From: Candidatus Thorarchaeota archaeon
Lineage (GTDB): Archaea; Asgardarchaeota; Thorarchaeia; Thorarchaeales; Thorarchaeaceae
Length of the DNA stretch: 64,000 nt
Direction of reading: 5' to 3'
Assembly: GCA_048882385.1 (NCBI GenBank)
Contig: JBHLRQ010000002.1
Location: 5,581 to 69,580 of the forward strand
Position numbers and translations under genes: made by a program. This document shows positions 1-9,646 of this stretch, piece after piece; position 1 is the first letter of the stretch; each line of letters starts with the position of its first letter. The notes under the pieces are model-generated. The model had not been told where the DNA came from and did not search any database. It worked only from the letters and a program-made list of their open reading frames with translations.

Positions 1-131
1 CTAATTGAGCTGAGGTGATTGAACCAGTAAATATCTTCTCTGCCATTATGGTTCGCCTATTCGCACGCCATTCCTGTTTGCATATAACCTCATCTATCTG
101 GGCTGCGGCTACTACACTCCTTTGAACTTCC

Positions 132-416
132 TTAGACGGATGCCTCTACTTCACTAGAATCTTCAGATTCTAGATCCATACTGGATTTGAGCCGTATTGT
201 CTTAGCCACTAGAATGTCTGTGTTCGCAAGTTTCCTGGTATCGACGACTACTTCATCTCCTATCGTAAGTGTTTCATACCAAGTGTAAGTATCAATCTTG
301 ATCTTGACATGTGATTTGTCTGGAAGTTCAATACCAATGTAACCATAGACAATCTGTTTCTTCGAGAATTCACCCAGTTGAGTGGAAATGATTTTACCCG
401 CGATCATCTTCATCAT
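132..416 (-). CDS. hypothetical small protein (94 aa)
   Basis: ORF in the six-frame track with no recognisable motif; acidic C-terminus. Confidence 0.35.
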   Translation of the reverse strand: MMKMIAGKIISTQLGEFSKKQIVYGYIGIELPDKSHVKIKIDTYTWYETLTIGDEVVVDTRKLANTDILVAKTIRLKSSMDLESEDSSEVEASV

Positions 417-459
417 ATATTAACAATAGTTAAATATGTTCAAAAGGGTATGGGTCATG

Positions 460-993
460 TCAAAGAGGTAGTTCAACAAGATCTTCCTTATACTTCCGAG
501 TGTTTTCGATATAGGAATCGATGTAGTCGTCTATTGCTTTCCGTGCATCTCCATCGGGGTCAAGGTCTTTCATATACTTAGCTGGAACTCCAGCATAGAT
601 CTTGAATGGCTCAGTATCTGTTTTGTTGTGAAGGAGAGCTGAGTTGGCAATCATAGCCCCCTCTGCAACTCTGCTTCCTAGCATCAAGACCGCCCCCATG
701 CCTATAGCTGCATGATCTCCAACAAATTCTGCATGTATTGTCGCATTGTGTCCAATGTTTACTCTTTTTCCTATTCTTGTCGTGAAACTTGGGTCTGAGT
801 GAATGACCACACCGTCTTGTAGGTTTGTTTCATCTCCAATCTCTATTCTTCCACGGTCTCCACGGATGGAAGCCATGGGAGCAACAAATACTCTCTCCCC
901 AATCTTGACATCGCCTATCACTGATGCCTGAGGATGAACATAAGCAGTTTCTGCTATCTGTGGTTTCTTTCCATCTAGTTCATAGATTGTCAT
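460..993 (-). CDS. gamma-class carbonic anhydrase-like / hexapeptide-repeat (left-handed beta-helix) protein
   Basis: Repeated [LIV]GxxxxI hexapeptide pattern (VIGDVKIGERVFV, IRGDRGRIEIGDETNLQDGVVIH, NIGHNATIHAEFVGDHAAIGMGAV) typical of the gamma-CA/PaaY/ferripyochelin-binding family. The 1062 start of the track ORF overlaps the upstream methyltransferase gene, so I use the internal Met (MTIYELDGKK...) near nt 993, which matches the usual N-terminus of this family. Confidence 0.7.
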   Translation of the reverse strand: MTIYELDGKKPQIAETAYVHPQASVIGDVKIGERVFVAPMASIRGDRGRIEIGDETNLQDGVVIHSDPSFTTRIGKRVNIGHNATIHAEFVGDHAAIGMGAVLMLGSRVAEGAMIANSALLHNKTDTEPFKIYAGVPAKYMKDLDPDGDARKAIDDYIDSYIENTRKYKEDLVELPL

Positions 994-998
994 TGTAA

Positions 999-1709
999 TC
1001 AACTCTTTTTCAGAATGCCAACATATGGCGTTCCTTTCTGATATTTTGACCTCATTTTCCATCCAGCTTCTTTAGCCACGGACTCCATCTCATCCGGCAT
1101 TGCTAACCAAAGCTCACTCCAGTCATCAATGATTCCCTTATACTTCACTCGTATCCGGACAAGCCCCTTTGGTCTGCCTTTGGATAAGTTCATTTTGTGA
1201 TAATTCAGATGTTCCTGATCTTCTGTTATCTTAACATCTGCACTGGCTGCGAGGATTATACCATCTGGTTTCGTGATTCGGTGAAGTGTCCTAAGCATGT
1301 CTATGATCTTTTCTCTATCCCCCAAAATGCCAAAATTGTCGCCAAACAGGATTACTGTATCAAACTCTGAATTTGGGAACTCCAATCTTTCAGCTGACAT
1401 AACATAAGCCTCTTTCAAACCGAGTTTCTTACAGCCCTCAATAGCACCTGGTGCTAGGTCCACACCTACTACTGAAAATCCTAGGTTCTGTAGATGAAGA
1501 GCAACTCTACCAGTCCCACATCCAACATCTAGGACTCTTCCCTTAACATGCTTCATGGCGATTCTTTCAACCTCTGACCATTCTGAGAACTGTAAAGTGT
1601 AGTCTGAAACTTTCAGAGTTTCAATTCTTCCATCATCTCTCTCGATGTAATATTCTCCAGATACGCCATCAGATGCGTCCTTCATTATCTCGCTCCATGC
1701 ATCTGTCAT
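999..1709 (-). CDS. class I SAM-dependent methyltransferase
   Basis: Motif I VLDVGCGTGRV, an acidic residue after beta-2 (GVDLAPGA) and motif post-I; overall Methyltransf_11-like layout. Confidence 0.75.
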   Translation of the reverse strand: MTDAWSEIMKDASDGVSGEYYIERDDGRIETLKVSDYTLQFSEWSEVERIAMKHVKGRVLDVGCGTGRVALHLQNLGFSVVGVDLAPGAIEGCKKLGLKEAYVMSAERLEFPNSEFDTVILFGDNFGILGDREKIIDMLRTLHRITKPDGIILAASADVKITEDQEHLNYHKMNLSKGRPKGLVRIRVKYKGIIDDWSELWLAMPDEMESVAKEAGWKMRSKYQKGTPYVGILKKS

Positions 1710-1825
1710 AGTATACTGACAACTACTCTATCGGAAAAGGAATTCGGTATTGATACCTATACGTGAGGAACTGTTATATCAAACGACACTCCTGGTAGCA
1801 CCATTGCGTAGGGAGGTTTCAGAAA

Positions 1826-2545
1826 ATGAGCACGTCCAATGAAAACTTCGAACCCACAATGAAGATCGCAGTCTTTGGCGGAAAGCGTGGTGAAGTGAAA
1901 GAATCAATTGAACGAAATCTGGAACTAACTGATGAGAGCTTCTACCAGACTTGGTTGAGTATAAATGTCATGAAAAAGCTCGGTTTCATGTTCGAAGGTG
2001 GAGTAGAGAGCTCCGGCGGAATCATCGAGATGCTAGTAATGTTCGCATTTGTGGTTCTTATACTCGCCTTGTTCGCATTCTGGCAGGTTGTTGTGTTTGT
2101 CATCGTGATTCTTGTGTTGGCACTCTTTAGCGGTGGAGCTGCTTTCAAGTTTGTAAAAGGGACCTTCATTGAAGCAGACCATACCAAGATAGACCTACAT
2201 AAACTGGACAATTTTGTAAAGGAGCAAATCCAAAAAGGTAACTTCGTCAAGGTCGAGTCGCTTCCAGCGAAGGACAAACTCACTGAAACGACAAAAGACG
2301 CTACACACGCTACAACTGTATTTCGAAGAGGAATCAATCTCTCGATGTTGGTTGCCACTCTCTTTCTCATTACAGAGATACTCTATTACTTTGTAATGGG
2401 CTACTGGCTCTCAGGTCTCAATTCTTTAACAGCAGACATAGAAATCATTGTCCTCTACTGTTTTGGTCTTGCATTCTTACTTGGAATCATGATAATGAAC
2501 TTTGGAGTGCTAATGCGACGAAGTCTCAAGAAGTCATTCCAGTGA
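1826..2545 (+). CDS. hypothetical integral membrane protein
   Basis: Several long hydrophobic segments (FAFVVLILALFAFWQVVVFVIVILVLALF; LVATLFLITEILYYFVMGYWLSGL; IVLYCFGLAFLLGIMIMNFGVLM); no catalytic motif. Confidence 0.45.
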   Translation: MSTSNENFEPTMKIAVFGGKRGEVKESIERNLELTDESFYQTWLSINVMKKLGFMFEGGVESSGGIIEMLVMFAFVVLILALFAFWQVVVFVIVILVLALFSGGAAFKFVKGTFIEADHTKIDLHKLDNFVKEQIQKGNFVKVESLPAKDKLTETTKDATHATTVFRRGINLSMLVATLFLITEILYYFVMGYWLSGLNSLTADIEIIVLYCFGLAFLLGIMIMNFGVLMRRSLKKSFQ

Positions 2546-2546
2546 G

Positions 2547-3812
2547 TCAAATCACATCAAACACAATGGCCCAGAACTCTCGTTCAGAAACACCTGTTCT
2601 TAGAGCCCTGAGATCTCCCTTTATCTGATCGAAAGCAACCTTTGTCTGGGTTTTCTTTCTCTCTTCATGAGTGCGTTTGACTCGCTCAGTAATCTCGCGA
2701 GCTTGCTCGGGTGTTGCCTTTACTCCTCCCATCTTCAGAAGATATTCAACAAAGTGTCTTCCAACAAATTTTCCAAGATGGAATTCACGTCGTCTTCCAA
2801 CTCGTGCTGGGCTGATTGGTTCATAGGTCATCGAGTGAGTTAACTGACCATGTGAATGAATACCACTAGAATGCGTGAAGGCATTGTCTCCACTTATGGC
2901 CTTATGGAGGGGTAGTGGAACGACAAAATGACGTTCAACTAACTTTGAGAGACTGAAGAGTTTCTCCGTTTCAACGCCAGTATCAACTCCATAGAGCTCC
3001 TCCAAAGACATCACAATCTCTTCAAATGCTGCATTTCCTGCGCGTTCACCATATGCGTTCACGCATACCTGGGGATAGGTTATCCCCTCTTCAATCGCAG
3101 CCAGAGTATTTGCTGTGGCTAGTCCAAAATCATCGTGACAGTGAGCCGCCATCGGAATCTTGTATTTTGATTTAGTCCATAGATGTTCCTTGATTTGACG
3201 AACAATGTGTTTCATCACTTCTGGTCGTACAAATCCCACTGTATCTGCTATACAGATTTTGTCAGCACCTGCATCGATCGCCCTTCGATAGGCCTCACAG
3301 AGATAATCCATGTCACTTCGTGTAGAATCTTCTGCAATGTAGTTGATTGTAAGACCGTGATCTCGACCATATTGAATACATTCAGTGAGGCGATCAAGCA
3401 TCTCCTCTCTTGACATTCTGAGTTGATATTTCAAGCGGAAATCTGAAGTTGCAATGAAAATCGGAACTTCATCTACTTCTGCTTCAATACATGCATCAAT
3501 ATCAGAAATCACAGCACGAGCTGGAGCAGCAACAACAGCTTTGTCGAGACCCTCCTTTGCAACGGCCGCGACAGCCTTTTTCTCTTCTTCACTGACTGCT
3601 GGAAAACCTACTGCAACTATTGCAGTACCTACTTCATCAAGTTTCTTTGCAATCTCAATCTTCTCGTCTATTGTAAGGGCGACACCCGGTGTCTGCTCTC
3701 CATCTCTCAAAGTCTCGTCCCAGATATAGACCCTCTTGGGTAGTGACTTGGATTTTGTATATGGAACCTTGTTGTAATTAACGGCAAGTCCTGCTTTCTC
3801 TAGGTTTTCCAT
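2547..3812 (-). CDS. 2-isopropylmalate synthase / homocitrate synthase family protein (LeuA/AksA/CimA-like DRE-TIM enzyme)
   Basis: N-terminal WDETLRDGEQTPGV motif, HxH metal motif (AAHCHDDFGLATANTLAAIEEG) and TIM-barrel pattern. At 421 aa it is shorter than a full LeuA with its regulatory domain, so I call only the family. Confidence 0.8.
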   Translation of the reverse strand: MENLEKAGLAVNYNKVPYTKSKSLPKRVYIWDETLRDGEQTPGVALTIDEKIEIAKKLDEVGTAIVAVGFPAVSEEEKKAVAAVAKEGLDKAVVAAPARAVISDIDACIEAEVDEVPIFIATSDFRLKYQLRMSREEMLDRLTECIQYGRDHGLTINYIAEDSTRSDMDYLCEAYRRAIDAGADKICIADTVGFVRPEVMKHIVRQIKEHLWTKSKYKIPMAAHCHDDFGLATANTLAAIEEGITYPQVCVNAYGERAGNAAFEEIVMSLEELYGVDTGVETEKLFSLSKLVERHFVVPLPLHKAISGDNAFTHSSGIHSHGQLTHSMTYEPISPARVGRRREFHLGKFVGRHFVEYLLKMGGVKATPEQAREITERVKRTHEERKKTQTKVAFDQIKGDLRALRTGVSEREFWAIVFDVI

Positions 3813-3840
3813 TGTTCTTGCCTGCCTTTTTGATCTCTAT

Positions 3841-4419
3841 TTACTTGAATCGGTAACGTCCAAGCATTGGTGCATTCTTTAGAATCTCATCCAGCATAAC
3901 TATTTCCTTATCGTACTCTTCCTTGGTCATTTGACCATTGTCTAGTGATGCCTTTGCCTTATTCTTCTTGTATTCGATTCTTGAATGTTCAATGTGAGCA
4001 AGTCTAAGTGCTGACTCCATCTCTGGACTAGCACCAGTCTTTTCTCCAATACCTTCGAGCATAGGCTTCCAGCATATTTCTTCTACATGAAACGCAAATT
4101 CAAGCCCACGTTCAAGAATTCTATTCCAAATTGGACATTTCTTTACAATGACTGCTTTTTCATCGACTGTAACCTCAAGACCAATTGAACTGAATATCTG
4201 ACCCGCAACAGTTGCTGCAGATTCAGGTCCTTTTCCTCCGGATTTTTCTGCCAGTTCGAGTCCTATTTGCTTGAACCCTCGAGCATATCCTTCATACATT
4301 GAGAGTGGTCCTGTATTATCTCTGAGTCCCCACCAAAGTCCATCAAGGAATGCAACAAAACTTGTGCGAAGTGTTTCCAGTTCGTTCATTTCTTGGCCCC
4401 CTTGAATGGATTTCCCCAT
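3841..4419 (-). CDS. hypothetical protein (possible V4R-like small-molecule binding fold)
   Basis: ORF with a KCPIWNRILE Cys/Pro segment and no clear motif. The start probably lies at the internal Met (MNELETL, about nt 4389), which removes the overlap with the downstream nitroreductase. Confidence 0.35.
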   Translation of the reverse strand: MGKSIQGGQEMNELETLRTSFVAFLDGLWWGLRDNTGPLSMYEGYARGFKQIGLELAEKSGGKGPESAATVAGQIFSSIGLEVTVDEKAVIVKKCPIWNRILERGLEFAFHVEEICWKPMLEGIGEKTGASPEMESALRLAHIEHSRIEYKKNKAKASLDNGQMTKEEYDKEIVMLDEILKNAPMLGRYRFK

Positions 4420-5132
4420 TTATTCAAGAATGCTATCTCCTCAGGTGCTTGTCTTGGAGGTCCCAAAGTTCTCTCATTCAACGCATATCCAAGTGTTAAA
4501 CAAAGAATAGGAACCCAATGAGGATACGGAATTCCCAACTTTTCTGAAATTTCTCCAACATCATCGAAGTGGTCTAACTGGACTGATGAGATACAACTTC
4601 CCAATCCCAGAGCAGTTGCTGCAAGTGTCATGTTCTCCATCATCATTGCTCCAGCAATGACTGCATGCCTAGGTGATGACCAACCGTATACTCCTCCAGT
4701 TCCTCTTAATGTTGCTTGAGAATTTCCTACGTGCGTCTGATCCACAGCCAGAACAAGAAGAACTGGAGCTCCATGAGTTTCAGGTTTTCCTTTGATGTAT
4801 TCAAAGCGCGCACCTGATATCAGGATGTCGATTGTTCTCTCGCGACTTGACTTTGATTGAATATAATTCAACCGACGTTCCAGTTCCTCTCTTGGTGTTG
4901 CCCGTCCAAAGAGTTCGATTGTTCTGTTTACAGCTTTTTGTCCAATGAATTCCTGTATTTTTTTATCTCGGACAACAATAATTCGCCATGGTTGCTGATT
5001 TTCTGCGCTTGGTGCGTAACCGCCTGCCTTGATCACCTGATACACAAGTTCATCCGGCACATCTCTGGACGTATCATAGTCCCTTATGGCTCGACGATTC
5101 TTGATTGTATGGATTGTTTCATTTTCGCCCAA
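4386..5132 (-). CDS. nitroreductase-family flavoprotein
   Basis: N-terminal RRAIRDYDTSRDVPDELVYQVIKAGGYAPSAENQQPWRIIVV matches the FMN-binding nitroreductase-fold signature. Confidence 0.7.
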   Translation of the reverse strand: MGENETIHTIKNRRAIRDYDTSRDVPDELVYQVIKAGGYAPSAENQQPWRIIVVRDKKIQEFIGQKAVNRTIELFGRATPREELERRLNYIQSKSSRERTIDILISGARFEYIKGKPETHGAPVLLVLAVDQTHVGNSQATLRGTGGVYGWSSPRHAVIAGAMMMENMTLAATALGLGSCISSVQLDHFDDVGEISEKLGIPYPHWVPILCLTLGYALNERTLGPPRQAPEEIAFLNKWGNPFKGAKK

Positions 5133-5259
5133 ATTTGTGATTCTCCAGTCAGTGATGACTTGGCCGGAGTATCTCTCTCTTAAGTAAGTAACTCAATGAC
5201 GAGTTCAGAATCAAAAAGAGAATAGTAGACCGTGTTCAGGCAACACGGTCTTACTGCTT

Positions 5260-6468
5260 TTACATTGTAGGTGCATCGCGTCCATCGTACTTAAACCGGA
5301 AACCGGTGTCTAGGTTGACACTTTCCTTAAGGATAACATTTCCCGCAACAAGTCGTTGAACTTGATTAGTCCCCTCATAGATCTGAAGGAGCTTTGCATC
5401 TCTCATCAATTTCTCAGCTGGATACTCTTCAATATATCCATAACCACCCATGATTTGGATACAATCTATAGCATTCTGCATAGCTGTATCTGATGCAAAG
5501 AACTTGGCAAAAGCTGAGTCTTTTGAGTTGGGAAGGTTTTGGTCAGCAAGCCAGGCTGCATAACGCGTTTGCCATCTTGCAGCGGCTGTCTTTGCTCCCA
5601 TTTCCGCTAAGGTAAAACTAATTCCTTGGAATTTACCAATTGGCTGTCCAAACTGATGACGGATATTTGCAAACTTGGCAGCTTCATCGACTGCTCTTTG
5701 GGCTACTCCGGTAGCAATAGCTGCGATTCCGGCTCTAGTCTTATCAAGAGTCAACATAGCGATCTTGAAGCCATCACCCTCTTTCCCTACAAGGCAATCC
5801 GAAGGTACTCGTACATCTTCAAAAATCACTTCACTTTGAATTGAATTTAGTTGACCCACCTTGTTTTCAACATGCCCGATTTTGACACCTTTGCCTTTGG
5901 GAACCATGAATACTGAAAGTCCCTTATGTTTTAGTTCTGGTTGAGTAGAAGCGAAAACAGTGTAGAGAGATGCTATTGGAGCATTTGTTATCCAACATTT
6001 CATTCCGTTGATAACATACTCGTCACCGTCACGCACCGCTCTTGTGGCTACAGCAGCTGCATCTGATCCTGCCTTTCTTTCAGTCAGAGAGAATGCGCCA
6101 AACTTTGCATCCTTTCCAGTGATTAAAGGTTCTACATACTTTTGCAGCTGTTCAATGGTGGCTCCAATGACAAGGGGGGCGAATGCAAGATTATTGCACA
6201 TAATCGAAGTTGCCATACCCGCGCATCCGTACCCTGTTGCCTCTGATACAAGTGTTTCTGCAAGAAGGGATAGTCCTGGTCCTCCAGCCTCTGTAGGGAT
6301 ATGTAGATTCATCAATCCTGCTTCATAGGCTTTTTGCACAACATCCTTTGGAAACTCATTTTTCTTCTCGAGCTCGTGAGCACGTGGAGTAATGTGTTCC
6401 TTTGTGAACTCTTTTGCTCTTTCAAATAGTTTCTGCTCAGTTTCTGATAGTGAGAAGTCCATCGTCAA
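5260..6468 (-). CDS. acyl-CoA dehydrogenase
   Basis: Length of about 400 aa; C-terminal YEGTNQVQRLVAG ACAD signature; middle-domain GxxGSDAA/CWITN-type motifs (AGSDAAAVATRA, KCWITNAPIA). Confidence 0.85.
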   Translation of the reverse strand: MTMDFSLSETEQKLFERAKEFTKEHITPRAHELEKKNEFPKDVVQKAYEAGLMNLHIPTEAGGPGLSLLAETLVSEATGYGCAGMATSIMCNNLAFAPLVIGATIEQLQKYVEPLITGKDAKFGAFSLTERKAGSDAAAVATRAVRDGDEYVINGMKCWITNAPIASLYTVFASTQPELKHKGLSVFMVPKGKGVKIGHVENKVGQLNSIQSEVIFEDVRVPSDCLVGKEGDGFKIAMLTLDKTRAGIAAIATGVAQRAVDEAAKFANIRHQFGQPIGKFQGISFTLAEMGAKTAAARWQTRYAAWLADQNLPNSKDSAFAKFFASDTAMQNAIDCIQIMGGYGYIEEYPAEKLMRDAKLLQIYEGTNQVQRLVAGNVILKESVNLDTGFRFKYDGRDAPTM

Positions 6469-6513
6469 TCGACACTGGTTTCCGGTTATGACCTTTTTAT
6501 GTCTTAGGACTAG

Positions 6514-6900
6514 TCATTTTGATGGTTTACTTTGTGCCCATAGTGAGATTTCATCACTAGCACGGTATCTAATTCCCAGGAAAATTCCAAGAATCGATCC
6601 AAGAATGCTAATTGCGAGGAGAGCTAATAAAGTCAATAGGGAAAATGACTGGAAATTAATAGATTCTTGAAAAAGCACAAAATCTGGAAAGACTAAGGAG
6701 AGTCCGACACGCCTTATTTCTGGAAAACCGACCCAATTGAGTTCAGTAATCATGAATGGATATTGTACAGGTGCAATCACAAATCCTCCAAGAAGACCTA
6801 GCAGCAGTGCAAAGACTATCCCTAGAATAGCAACAAATTCTTTTTTTTGACGAATTTTCCCGTCAAGAATCCTAATGCGAAAGATAGTATCAACTTGCAA
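6514..6900 (-). CDS. small hypothetical membrane protein
   Basis: Two to three hydrophobic helices; no recognised family. Confidence 0.35.
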   Translation of the reverse strand: MQVDTIFRIRILDGKIRQKKEFVAILGIVFALLLGLLGGFVIAPVQYPFMITELNWVGFPEIRRVGLSLVFPDFVLFQESINFQSFSLLTLLALLAISILGSILGIFLGIRYRASDEISLWAQSKPSK

Positions 6901-6983
6901 TCCTCCTCGGTCCCAACAAGGGGGGCGTCACGACATAAGCTCTCACGCCCTTACACTTTTGTACTTGTGTTTTCACGCGAAGG

Positions 6984-8183
6984 TTGCATTATGATGAGGT
7001 GTTTCGCAAATTGCCCCTGAAAAATACGAATATTGTGAGCGCCGCTCAAACAAAATTTGGGAAACTCGATGGAGTTACGCAAAGAGAAATGTTCTCTGAA
7101 GCCGTTGACAAGGCTACCACTGAAGCTGGTATTCCCAAGAAAGACATACAGGCTGCTTTCATTGGAAGCTTTATCCCTGAGATGTTAATTCATCAAGGAC
7201 ACTCTGCACCCCTATTACTTGACTTTGCAGGATTGAAAGGATTACCTGCAACGCGTCATGAAGCTGCTTGCGCCTCAGGAGCAACAGCTCTGCGAGCAGG
7301 CATCATGGCAATTGAATCTGGGATGTACGACACTGTTCTCGTTGCAGGAGTTGAGAAGATGACCTCATCAACCACACCTGAGGTCACTGAAGCACTTGCA
7401 GCGGCTGCTGATGACCAATTTGAATCAAGTATAGGTCTTACATTCCCCGGAGTCTTTGCCATTGCTGCTGTCGCACATATGCACAAGTACGGTACAACAG
7501 AGGAAGATATGGCGAGGGTGGCTGTTAAAGCCCATAAGAATGCTTCAACAAATCCTCTTGCTCAGTTTCAAAAAGCAATAGATCTTGAGCAAGCACTCAA
7601 ACCTTTTGTCATTGCTTGGCCTCTGAAGTTATTTGATTGCTCTCCGATCTCTGATGGTGCTGCAGCCCTCGTACTGACTTCCAATGAAAAAGCAAAGCAG
7701 TATACAGATTTGCCAGTAAAAATCACTGGTTCAGGTCAGGCTTCAGCATCTATGAACCTATGTGACAGAAACGAGCTCACCTCCTTCAGTGCATCTGTTG
7801 ATGCTAGTAGAGTCGCTTACAAAATGGCAGGCGTTACTGCTGATGACATGGACTTTGCTATTGTTCATGACTGTTTTACAATTGCTGAGATCATTGCAAG
7901 TGAAGACATTGGTTTCTTCAAACCTGGAGAAGGCGCAAAAGCTGTCAAGGACGGCATTACAGCTCTTGATGGTGATAGACCAATAAATCCAATGGGTGGT
8001 TTGAAGGCGGTTGGTCATCCGGTAGGGGCTACTGGCGTTAAACAAGCTGTAGTTGCATATCGAGAATTAATTGGTGATGCAGGTCCAAATCAAGTTTCCA
8101 AACATGACAGTGCTGTAGTTCATAATTTTGGTGGGACCGGGGCTACATGTGTCGTCACAGTGATGAGGAGGGGTGATGCATGA
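6984..8183 (+). CDS. thiolase-fold acetyl-CoA C-acyltransferase (archaeal / SCP-x-like type)
   Basis: Thiolase N- and C-terminal domains with the active-site Cys context HEAACASGATALR and the C-terminal NFGGTGATCVV motif. It is immediately followed by, and translationally coupled (ATGA overlap) to, a DUF35 gene, as is typical in archaea. Confidence 0.8.
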   Translation: MHYDEVFRKLPLKNTNIVSAAQTKFGKLDGVTQREMFSEAVDKATTEAGIPKKDIQAAFIGSFIPEMLIHQGHSAPLLLDFAGLKGLPATRHEAACASGATALRAGIMAIESGMYDTVLVAGVEKMTSSTTPEVTEALAAAADDQFESSIGLTFPGVFAIAAVAHMHKYGTTEEDMARVAVKAHKNASTNPLAQFQKAIDLEQALKPFVIAWPLKLFDCSPISDGAAALVLTSNEKAKQYTDLPVKITGSGQASASMNLCDRNELTSFSASVDASRVAYKMAGVTADDMDFAIVHDCFTIAEIIASEDIGFFKPGEGAKAVKDGITALDGDRPINPMGGLKAVGHPVGATGVKQAVVAYRELIGDAGPNQVSKHDSAVVHNFGGTGATCVVTVMRRGDA

Positions 8184-8569
8184 GCAAGAATCCTTCAATA
8201 GAGGAATACCTGAAGAATATCCAAGAAGGTATTTTCAGAGCATATCGTTGTGTTGACTGTGGAATGGTTATTGCACCTCCTTCAGGCTCTTGCTATGGCT
8301 GTGGGAGTAGCAAGATGGAATGGACTGATGTGAGTGGTAATGGAAAATTAGTATCCTTCACAGTGATTCACATTGCTCCTGATGCCTTTGCAGAAGAAGC
8401 TCCTTACTATGTAGCGATAGTTGAACTTGAAGAAGGAACGAGGGTCAGTGCAAGACTTCTGGGATTTGATCCACTAAAACCACAAGAAGTCAAACTGGGT
8501 ATTCCATTGAAAATTGACTACGAGAAAGGTAAGTCGGGTAGAACCTATCTTGCTTTCAGACCTGCCTAG
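8180..8569 (+). CDS. DUF35 OB-fold/zinc-ribbon protein (thiolase / HMG-CoA synthase partner subunit)
   Basis: CVDCGMVIAPPSGSCYGCGS rubredoxin-like zinc ribbon followed by an OB-fold; 4-nt overlap with the thiolase gene. Confidence 0.8.
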   Translation: MSKNPSIEEYLKNIQEGIFRAYRCVDCGMVIAPPSGSCYGCGSSKMEWTDVSGNGKLVSFTVIHIAPDAFAEEAPYYVAIVELEEGTRVSARLLGFDPLKPQEVKLGIPLKIDYEKGKSGRTYLAFRPA

Positions 8570-8662
8570 TTGAATGGAGGCGTGAGGACCTCTCATGCCT
8601 TTTCCATATCTTCAGAATTCCTTTAATGCTACGATACATTACGTTTACGAGGCGTGTGAGCA

Positions 8663-9646
8663 TTGGTTGATAAGAAACACACTGATCGCATTCGGACATT
8701 TGTCCCACCAGATAAGATGACTTTCAATGAGCATGTCGATGGACTCTCTGCAGAGTTCGATCGAAACCTACTCCAACACCATCTTCCTCTTACCTCTGGA
8801 GTGCTCAAAGCTGATGAAACATTGGCTAACACCCTTGGTACAATGATTCCAGAGGGCACACGCGAAGCACTGAGAGCTACTGATTTTGTAGGTGTCTTTG
8901 GTCGCGTTGTCAAACAGAAAGGATTCAAGAGCAATATATGCCTGCAGTATTTCTATGTCTGGGACTATCAGGCAGTTCCTGCACATGAAGGGGACTATGA
9001 ACCAATCTTTGTTTATCTGGATGGCTCTAGAAGGTATGCGATTTATGACTTGGTTCACTATTGCTCTCGAAGAGTCGACCTCAAGAAACCTGGAAAAGAC
9101 AAGATTGGATTTCGTATGATTCCTGGTTGGCATTCTTTTCTTCCTGCTGAGTTATCGAAAAACGAGTTGGATAAGGGACTTGAGGTCAAGCCACTTTCTG
9201 ACCAACATCTTCAATCATGGTGGTCTATACCCGAAGAGGCTTCACGACTCAAGGTTGAAGGGTTCATTCGAAACCCCTTTTTGATGGAAGCACCTGGTCA
9301 TTTTATGGACCGACCAGACGAGAATGCTCGGACAATGTGCTGCTCATTTCTTCATATAGAAAACGCACTTTCCGAATTTGAGAATCCAAAGGATGGTCTT
9401 GTTGAAGGAGTCAAGAGAGCCTTTTCAAACTGCGTAGGTCTTCTCGCCCTTTATAGACTTGGAGCTTTCGTTCAGCTCTTGGGTGAGATGAACGACATTG
9501 GAATTGTAAACATCCCCACTCCGTTGACCTCTGGCGGTATGAACTTAGCCGCAATTGGAGCCATGCTGCAAGAGGGATTTGTCAGTCTCACGAAAGCGGG
9601 AAGTGCAATCCTAGAGGGATTCTATCAAGATTCTGATGAAGACTAG
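8663..9646 (+). CDS. hypothetical protein
   Basis: Long ORF without recognised motifs. The track start is a TTG; an in-frame ATG (MTFNEHVDGL, about nt 8717) is an alternative start. Confidence 0.4.
   Translation: MVDKKHTDRIRTFVPPDKMTFNEHVDGLSAEFDRNLLQHHLPLTSGVLKADETLANTLGTMIPEGTREALRATDFVGVFGRVVKQKGFKSNICLQYFYVWDYQAVPAHEGDYEPIFVYLDGSRRYAIYDLVHYCSRRVDLKKPGKDKIGFRMIPGWHSFLPAELSKNELDKGLEVKPLSDQHLQSWWSIPEEASRLKVEGFIRNPFLMEAPGHFMDRPDENARTMCCSFLHIENALSEFENPKDGLVEGVKRAFSNCVGLLALYRLGAFVQLLGEMNDIGIVNIPTPLTSGGMNLAAIGAMLQEGFVSLTKAGSAILEGFYQDSDED

Noticed and set aside
460-1062. Full-length 200-aa version of the hexapeptide-repeat ORF
   Set aside because: The first 23 codons overlap the upstream methyltransferase gene by 64 nt. 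The internal Met at about nt 993 gives a gamma-CA-like N-terminus and a clean 5-nt intergenic gap, so the extension was rejected.
1942-2370. 142-aa minus-strand ORF inside the 1826-2545 membrane-protein gene
   Set aside because: It is antisense to a coherent multi-TM ORF and has low-complexity composition, so it is spurious.
8629-9133. Minus-strand ORFs 8629-8934 and 8768-9133
   Set aside because: They overlap each other and the longer plus-strand ORF 8663-9646, and have no motifs. They are most likely spurious.
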